Assembly: GCA_012295275.1 (NCBI GenBank)
Contig: CM022671.1
Span: 14,198,001 to 14,262,000, forward strand
Direction: 5' to 3'
DNA: 64,000 bases
Source of the DNA: Chrysomallon squamiferum
Taxonomy: Eukaryota; Animalia; Mollusca
A model generated the notes under the pieces. That model had not been told where the DNA came from. It saw only the letters and a list, made by a program, of their open reading frames with translations, and did not search any database. Of the stretch, positions 54,528 to 64,000 are shown one piece after another; the stretch's first letter is position 1, and each line of letters starts with the position of its first letter. The position numbers were made by a program, and so were the translations under genes.

Positions 54528-56648
54528 GTAAGTTGATGAAATCATTTTTAAACATTAGTTAGAATTATTTTGTATTGAACGATGTCGCGCTGTACTGGCT
54601 GACTTGATTCTCATTTTTGATTTTAAAAAAAAAACAGTGATTTCTGTTGTTTACAATATTCTGCAATGAATTCACTTTGAATGTATTATGTCTTGACAAC
54701 ATTTAGTTCAAGTTCTTTTTTTTTTTTAAATTATATTGTAGTTCGTGCTTAATATTTTATAAACTTTATTAAAAATAAATAATGGTAAAACAAAAATAAA
54801 TATTAAAAATTTATATATTTATTTTTATTGTTACTATTATTTTATTATTATTATTATTCTAATTCTTCTTATTATTATTTTTTTCTTATATATTATTATT
54901 ATTTTATTTTTTAGAATACTGATTAAAACCGTAGATCCTAAAATAATAATTACTGATATACGTGAATTTTAGCAAGTTTTAAATAATTTATAAATATTTC
55001 ATTTCACTGATAACAATTCCTGAAATAACTGGATTTTAATTAAATTTATAAATTTGACTTCACTGCTATGAAAACAAAACATCTGTACTTTCCACAAGTG
55101 CTCGAGAGGTCGTAAACATTTTTCTTTGACGAAAAACTGATTGTTTCAGTTCTAAGTAAATAAAAACATAGCTGAACCATTCATAAAAGAAAAAGTTATT
55201 TTTGTTATTTAAATAACAATACTAATTGTAGATTTTTGTCTTTTCATAACTATGACAGATAAGTTACTTACTCGCCACTTCAAAGTTTCGTGTATGTTAT
55301 TTTCCGTCCATAGAAAATAATAGTTTTGATTTTATGTCTAAATTTATAGTACCTGAAAAAAAAAAAAAAATAAATTTATTTATGTTATAGATGTTATACA
55401 TATACATATACATATATATATATATATATATATATTAAAACAATTATATTTACCTAGGTATCACACTTTCTTTTTCTGTTTTTATTTAACTTGCGGAGTA
55501 TTTTAATTTTCTTTACTTTTTCTTTCTTTCTTTTCTTGAAAATTTTCATTTTTATTATTATTTTATTTTCATTTTTTTTTGTTTTAGTTCTTTAACATAT
55601 TATTATATATTTTTTTAATAGACATTTGTGCTAGTTTAGAATACAGCAAACACACAGAGAGAGAGAGAGGTGTCTAATACCATTTATTTTAGCACTTTGA
55701 AACAATAGCCGAGATTTATAACGACAACATATTTAAGGGGCAAGCTTGCATTTAACTGAACTCTGCGTTTTCAGTAAGTTGGTTCATGAAAAGAAAAATA
55801 ACATTACTCGCATCATAACGCCGCCTCTTCACGCGCATCGCTGGGCCCGTGCACAGTGATTGACAGTTGATGCGTGTTCGAGCAGCTGTTCACGTATCAC
55901 GCGATCGTCTCACGTGAGTGCTGATGACAATTGACAAACATAAACAATCGCGCATGTTCGTTACGTGACGATAAACTAATTGGGAAGTAATAGCCGCTGA
56001 TAATTGGCTCAATCTTCAAAACAGCTACATTTCTGTTAGCAAGCCAAGTGTCCACATCTCGACTTACCTTATAACGGCGCGTTATGCTTTTATTGCAGAA
56101 ATATCCCTCCAGCTCAGGGAACATGTATGAAGACGATATCTTGAGCCAAAGAGCACGTGCATTTCCGCTCTCTCACGGACTGATGCCTACCCCACAGGCA
56201 TTTTCCTTCGGATTCCCCATGCACCCGGCTCATGATCCCATGTCACTGGCAGGTAAGTCCATCCACATCTAAACACATATAAATAATCCATGTTTGTAAA
56301 TTATTTGTAATTTTATTTTTGTTTTATATGCCTTTAATACAACTGATTTGCTAATGAATATTTAATAAGCTTGAAAAGTCGGGAACTATAAATTTATTTA
56401 GGGTGATTTAAGAATCAGAGTAAATTATTGGAGGTTGGTTTTTATTTACCGGAGAATAACTAATTTGGTCACTGCTTGTTTGACGCGAACCTGTCGTCTG
56501 CGTAGTTAATGTCAGGTTGCACCGCGGCTGCAGACGTCATTTGAAAAATTCTGAAACAAGGATGGTATTGATTACTACGTCTAATCAAAACTTTAAAAAA
56601 TCTGTCGTAAAATAAATTTCTTTTTAACCTTATGTTTTTTTTTTCTAA

Positions 56649-56698
<50 letters not shown>

Positions 56699-57011
56699 AT
56701 CTTATATTTTCGCTCGGTAATTTTAAATCTTATATTTTCGCTCGGTATTTATTATTTATTTATTTACTTTTATTTTACAGTACTTTATCAAATTTCTGTT
56801 TATTTGTGTATTTATTAATAAACAGCAAAAGGTTTATATTTATGTTTAAACCAAGAAAGTTTAAAGGCGTAAGAATATAATATAATATAATATAAAATAA
56901 TTGCACAGTAATATAGTACAATACAGTATAATATATAATAGTTTAATACATTAATAATTAATTTAGGTGAGCAAATATATAAAAATATTATAACCAAATT
57001 AAATAAATAAA

Positions 57012-57065
<54 letters not shown>

Positions 57066-58343
57066 TCAATAAACAAACAAACAAACAAATAAATCAAATA
57101 ACTAAACAAACTGATAATTAATCAAACATAAATAACTAAATTTACAGTAAAATAAATTTAGTATGGACGTGGTGCGAGTTTGTGTTCTGGTAGTTAATCA
57201 ACAACAAGACGACAGAAAAAACAAACACAGACGATAATTACACGAAAACTTGTGTTTCATTTTCTCATCATCAATCATTCACGCGCTTTGCTCATCATTT
57301 GTACTACACCAGAACGAAACGGTATTAATAATGCACGTGCTGAATGTCTGGGCGAGAAATCGACATAACTGCGATTATTTTCTTGTTGTAGCAAAACCAG
57401 TTTAAAACTCAGTTTTTAAAACTAAGATTTTGTATTATATGTAGATACAGAGAATTAATGTTTTGTTAATATTAGTAAATATTTTTCACAAGTATTAAGA
57501 TGCATGATAATAATATTAAACCATATGAGACAAAATATTAAAATAGGTTTTGCAAAACAAATGTAAAACTTTTTATTTTTTTTTTTTTTTTGAACTAAGA
57601 TTATATATTATATATAGAGAATTAATGTTTTGTTAATATTAGTAAACATTTTAACATTGTTTTACTTCAATATTAAAATACGTGACACAATATTAAAATG
57701 TTTTAATATTATTTTACGTCATTAGTATTAAAATGCGTGATTAAAATATGTGACACAATATTTAAATATAATTTAATATTATTCTACTTTACTAATATTA
57801 AAATACATGCTCTTAATATTAAATATTAAAATAATATTATTTTTTAAACAAAATAACTTTCTATTAGTAAGAGTGATACTCAGACCACTTTATTTTCTTT
57901 TTATTTATTTATTTATTTATTTAAATATTTATTTATTTATTTATTTATTTATTTTTTTAAAAATATTTCTACTTGGCGGGCAGACAGTTATGACTCTTCC
58001 TTTGTAATATTAATTACATTTCCAGATTAAAAATTTAAATTTCTTTCTAAAAGAAATAATTAACTTCTATTTAATTTTATTACAGGCATTCAGTTTCATG
58101 ATCGCATTTATTACAAAAATAATAATAACAGTTCAGTGGATTACTTTATCTTCACTCCGACTTTTTACTCTGGTGCATTGTAAAGTTAACGGGAAGGTTA
58201 TATAAAATAATTACATCTCAGTATATCAGTGTTCAGCTATATTCCGCGGCTGACTAATTATAATAAACGTATACTTCGTGTAAAAAGTATTTATTAGTAA
58301 TTGAGCAGCTCGACTTTCTTGCCAATAATAATAATAATAATAA

Positions 58344-58384
<41 letters not shown>

Positions 58385-58901
58385 CGACATCAACAACAAC
58401 ACAAACAACAGCATGAACAACAACAACAACAACAATAATAAGGTGTTATTATTATTATTAAACCATTAGATTTAATCGGGTGGATATGTTACTTTTAAGT
58501 GAAAAGGCGCAAATCCGTTGTTAATATAAATATTATTCTGTCAAATCCACTGGAATAATTTTTAAAAAATTAAAAATTAAAAAAAAAAAAAAAAAAATAT
58601 TGTTGCAACTCATTTTTTACGGTTCCATTAATTAATTATTTATTTATTGTGTTACATTTTATTAGAAGAAAAAAAGAAGAAAAAACCAAAGAGGAATTTT
58701 AAAACTAATTTTAATCTGTATCAGTATTAAATGAAAGAAATACACAGACAGTGATTCGATGACTGACGAGCATGTTTACGTTATCTGATAACAGTGTTTG
58801 TTTTGAAAATAATATAAATGTATGGAAATATGTAACAAACAAAACATAATCATGATTATTATTCCTGGACAGAAAGCCAAAATCAAAGACTAAAACAAAA
58901 A

Positions 58902-58932
<31 letters not shown>

Positions 58933-59355
58933 ATGAAATTTTTAACATCAGCCAAATACATTAATAATGATAATAATAATAATAATGATTATGATGATGA
59001 TGATGATAACAAAAACAACAACAACAACAATAATAATGATAATAATAATGATGATGATATGACGATGACGACGATTATAACAACAACACTAAAAAAAGCA
59101 ACAATGATAATGAAAAAGAAGAATTATTAAATTATTTCATTTTAAAACTGAACAAAAAAATGGTATATTTCAAAACTGATTAATCACTTTAATATGCCGA
59201 TAAGTTTGTTTAAAGAAAAATATTAATTAAAACAAAACAAAACAAACAAAAAAAATAATTATGTTGAATATTTGTGTTTATTGATTTTTGTTTATTGATT
59301 TTAGTTTTGTTTTATTTTAGCTTAGTTTGTTTTCGTATGTTTTTTTCTTTGTTTG

Positions 59356-59397
<42 letters not shown>

Positions 59398-60196
59398 TAA
59401 TTAACAATGTTTGTTACTGTTATCTTAAGAAGTAAACCAACTAAAACAAACTTTCCAGACATTATGGCGTGTATTTCTTTTAGAAATATCACTGCCGGAA
59501 TATTACTAATAACGTCAATCTTTTCTCGTTTTAAATAATAAGATAGCGTTTCTTTAAAATAAAGAAAGTATTCGTAGTTGTACTCTGGAAAGTAAAATAA
59601 GAACAAAACAAATACCTTTTAATTTCATAATTATTTACTATTATTATTTATATAACATAGAAGTAGAAGTTGTATGCCGACCTTGTTTCAGATATTTTAA
59701 CTTCAAATTTTATTCCTACAAGTAAAGAAAAGATAATTTATAACGTACGTACAACAGTGTTTTACTATAATGATCTGAAATTTAGAAACTGTTTTCAAAA
59801 TTACTGACAATGAGCCATTTTATGATTAAAAATTTGCAGAAATATTGCTAGCAAGAACCATTTTACTCTCGTAAATACACGGATTAATTTCTGTTTACTG
59901 GGGACAAAAAAATCGGATTATGTGAGAATTAAAATGAATCTAGTTTATTGCTGTAATGAAGGTAACAATGATTAATCCAAAAACACACATAAAATATTAT
60001 GTGGCGGTGTGTTTTTGAGTATTTACCCTGAGCGCACGGTTCTGTCACTTTTACGAGAAAAGTGTCTGCACTGACTCTTATATCATCACGTCATATTCTT
60101 TATTGCTATAAGCTGGTTACTTCAGTTTAATTTCTACCATTAACATTCATGTAATAATAAAATAATAATAATAATTTTAATATTAATAATTTTAAT

Positions 60197-60230
<34 letters not shown>

Positions 60231-60653
60231 TCAATAATAATAATTTTAATAATAATAATAATAAAAATAATAGTAATAACAACAACAACAACAATAATGA
60301 AAAGTATAAAAATTACAAGATCACTGTATTTTTATTTCTTTTCCAGTTATCGTTATTATTATTATTGTTGTTGTTGTTGTTGTTGTTGTAACATAAAATT
60401 ACTAAAAAATTTTAATAATTTGTGTTTTTAAATATTCATTCATTTATTTGCTTAAAATTCTTTGTTCAGGCCCGAGTCAGCAGTTTGGTGCGTATCCCCA
60501 CCTCTCGGCGCCCGACCCCAAAAGAATGCTGGCCTCCGGGATGGGGCAGGGAGAGACAATGGATAAAAACATAAAGATAACTTTAGAAAATCTGGACCTC
60601 TGGATCAAATTCCACAACATAGGAACCGAGATGATCATCACCAAGACGGGAAG
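54492..60653 (+). CDS. T-box transcription factor, 5' part (subfamily uncertain: Tbx6/Dorsocross-like or Tbx20/15-like); continues beyond the window
   Basis: Exons 54492-54527 (MDLLCQISHNPC, tentative), 56099-56252 and 60470-60653 join in phase. The last encodes IKITLENLDLWIKFHNIGTEMIITKTGR, the N-terminal T-box signature, and ends at the typical phase-2 intron in GR. No further exon was found before 64000. Confidence 0.9.
56099..56252 (+). CDS. T-box gene exon 2 (KYPSSSGNMYEDDILSQRARAFPLSHGLM...DPMSLA)
   Basis: tttattgcag / gtaagt; phase 1 fits exon 3. Confidence 0.8.
60470..60653 (+). CDS. T-box gene exon 3, start of the T-box domain
   Basis: tttgttcag / gtgaga; LW.KF...GTEMIITK.GR. Confidence 0.95.
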
Positions 60654-60682
60654 GTGAGAATTTACTGTTATTTATGCAAGTA

Positions 60683-60753
<71 letters not shown>

Positions 60754-61702
60754 GGTTAATCTTAAGTTTCAGTGAGAAAATACTGTGAACGGGGATGTCC
60801 GAGATCACTGTAAATCAACAACAACATGTACAGTCGCTAAAAATACACATCTCTTACGCAAATACACACACACACACACACGCGCACACACGAAATTTTG
60901 CATATTTATATGATATGACACCTTTCATAATAAATAAATTGTTATTAAAAACGTCAAATTACTGTAAATTTCACACGAAATATTATTTATAATTCTATCA
61001 TTTTAATATTAATTTCAAGAGAATATTATTTATGAAAATTTTTTATGGGAATAATCATTAAAAATATTATTACAAATTTGATATGAATTATTCATAATAT
61101 TAAAATTATTTCTAGAAAATAGTTACTGTTGAATGAATACATTTTTGTTTTAATGAGTTTTAGTATTAATTGTTATTTGTAGTTGTAGTAACAATAATAA
61201 TTATAGCAGTAGTAGTGTAGTATCAGTAGTTGTAGTGGCAGTTGCAGTAGTAGTAATAGTAGTAGTAATACTAGTGGCAGTAGAAGTAGAAATAGTAGCA
61301 GTAATAGTAGTAGCAGTCGTAGTAATGGTAATAGCGTAATAGTAATTATAGTAGTACTAGTAGAAGTATTAGTAAAAACACTACAAAATATTCTGTACTA
61401 ACAATGATTACTAGTGAACGTGTTTGTCGGTTGTTGTTTGTCCTAATTAATCTTGTTAAGATATTAATACGACTCATTGTGTTCATTCGCAATCTAAAGC
61501 ACGTGCGTCTCATATCAGGTCACGTGACACTTAATGCCACACTGCCGTCAAGAACGCCGTAGCGAGCTCGTAACTTACGACGACGTTTTCCACACAGCGA
61601 ACAGAAATTTACTTCAAAGTAACATTTGAACTATCCATAAACTGTTGATATTTTATTTTTATTTATTTATTTATTTTTATATTTATTTATTTATTTATTT
61701 TT

Positions 61703-61745
<43 letters not shown>

Positions 61746-61994
61746 TTGATGTTGTTTCTGTTGCTGTTGTTTATCAGTCGCTGTTGTATTTTATAAATTA
61801 GTGATTCAGAAAATTTTACTGTCATGAAGTTAGTGTCTAATTGCTGAGACACTTCAGTTTTAACGCAACAGCTAGAAACAGGCAGCCCGGGTTGAATCAG
61901 AGCGGTTTATTGAATGAACTGAAATATTAGTCGAAAACTAAATCACTTTTACATTATACTCTAAAATTATTATTATTAGTATTAGTATTAGTAA

Positions 61995-62041
<47 letters not shown>

Positions 62042-62073
62042 TTTATTTATTTATTTATTTATTTATTTATTAA

Positions 62074-62104
<31 letters not shown>

Positions 62105-63258
62105 TTTTTTTTTCTTTTTAATGGTTTGTGTTTTCTTATTTACTTTAATCAGCTAATATTATCGTTTTTCATGCAGAAAATTCAGTTTGAAATTTTACTT
62201 GCAAACGTAACATTCGTTTTAGTTTACATTTTTTTTAATTATTATTATTTATGTTTTTTTTACTTTGTACTGAATTCTTTAAATTACTCGTGTCCCGGGG
62301 AGCTGGGGTGGTGAGAGAAATTCAAAAGGTGTAATGCACCCACGAGTCAAATGTACCCCGAATAAATACGAATACCAACTTCAAATCGGTGTATGTGGTT
62401 TCGTACGTGCTGTATATCAAATATATTCAGTTATATGAATATATTCTTAAACATAAACCTGACTAGACATAAAATACTTAGAACTGGTGAATATGCTTTG
62501 CAAGTGTTTATGATAATATCTATGAAAAATATATTTTCAGTTTTAATTTCTTTTCTGTAATTTTTGTTTTTTTCTGTGCTACATTGCGCTATAAATGTTG
62601 ACATCTGAGAATTTTATTCTCCTTCAGTGGAGAGACTCTTTATATAAATTGCAAATACTGTGCAGGTTTTACATTACAACGATTTCATACAGGAATTTTT
62701 TCCGATTTCATAACATTGACTGTTTCTTACACAAAATAAAATGGAGAAAAAATAGTCTGTTAACATTCGACAAACTTAATAGATATCATATATAGGTAAC
62801 AAATCAGGTTTTGAAATCTTTTCTTTAAAAAACCCCATTTCATTCAGAATAATTCTAGAAATAGTTGTAACCCATACAGAGTATGCTTCTGTGTGTCTGT
62901 ATTGTCTATACATACACACATATATCAGAACTACATTCATAAGATAATAGGGAGGCGAGTATTTAAAAGCGTCTGGAATTTCAAAATTCTTTTATTACTT
63001 TTTGCGAAATTTGTTTAAATTATCTTCAGGTTTTGTTTTGTTTATGAATACCAAAAAAAACAACAAAAAAACATTATAATATGGAGTTTTTAAAAAGTAC
63101 TCTAAAACGACTCTGTGAAAAAGTTTAAAAAGTCTACGAGTGACATTGTGACAAAATCATTGTTCACTTCAGTTCACAAAAAATTATTACTATTGCTTTT
63201 ATTTTTTTTTTTTTTACTAAATCAGATATAAAGACTATTTAAGATAAGCGTGTTTCTG

Positions 63259-63294
<36 letters not shown>

Positions 63295-64000
63295 GGTTAG
63301 ATGTTGTTGGTTTTTATCTAAATTATTAGTTGATTTTTTTCTTTTATATACGTATATATATTTATTTAAGTATATTTTTGTGCGCGTGTGTTCTGTGCAC
63401 GTAATTGTCCTTAATTTGCAAAAGTTGAAACCTTGCAGCGCGAAGGACCAAACATCTGTTAGTTCATTTCTTTAACACCAGTTACCTGAATGTTCATGTC
63501 ACAAGATTTGTAAATGAAGAATTTAATAACGAAATGAGTTTAGAGTCCTACTGAATTTAGTTAAACAAATCTATACTAGATATTTATATTCCAGCTTAAA
63601 GGTCGTTTTTGCTCTTGTTATTGATTGTATATCAGTATACGCGTATCAAACCTTAAACCTGATCTACACGTGTTTTAAAACATTGCGTAACGCTGAATCA
63701 GATTATATTCTTGTTTACTCTGATTGTTTTGAAAGTGATTCAGAATAGATTTGGTTCCTGCAACAAAGATAGTTATTAATTTTTTAATTTTTAATAAATA
63801 TCATTCCAGTCTCATATATATATATACATATAATTTTATGAAAATGTCATTATCGGTGATGCAGAGTTTAATACAGTTTTAAAATTTTAATCGTCTTGAA
63901 TGAGCACATCGTGTGCTTGAAAACGTACGTAACTTCGTAAGCACCGTTTGCTCGTGTTTCTGAAACGAACTGTACTCGATGGTGCAAAAGAAATCTGAGT

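Noticed and set aside
54492-60653. Assigning a specific symbol (TBX20, TBX6 or Doc) to the T-box gene
   Set aside because: Only about 28 aa of the domain are in the window, and the diagnostic features conflict.

Overview
AT-rich, microsatellite-laden animal (invertebrate-like) genomic DNA with GT-AG spliceosomal introns; the taxon cannot be fixed from the sequence. Three spliced genes were reconstructed by hand. (1) The last 8 coding exons of SPPL3 (+, 66..5257). (2) A complete 11-exon mitochondrial Era GTPase ERAL1 (-, 10194..17198, 507 aa), convergent with SPPL3. (3) The first three exons of a T-box transcription factor (+, 54492..60653, continuing beyond the window), preceded by about 37 kb without recognisable genes that holds CpG-rich islands, MITEs and minisatellites. 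The most unusual signal is that all three long complex minisatellites inside the two housekeeping genes sit on splice junctions. Two are demonstrably tandem amplifications of an exon/intron junction, giving arrays of decoy acceptors (SPPL3) or decoy donors (ERAL1). Other notable points are an exact GGCGCC-N5-GTCTG BMP/Smad element in the T-box promoter, T-box half-site clusters, Tigger4-like MITEs, and a sharp CpG-poor to CpG-rich transition at about 17 kb. Most ORFs in the supplied track are microsatellite artefacts.
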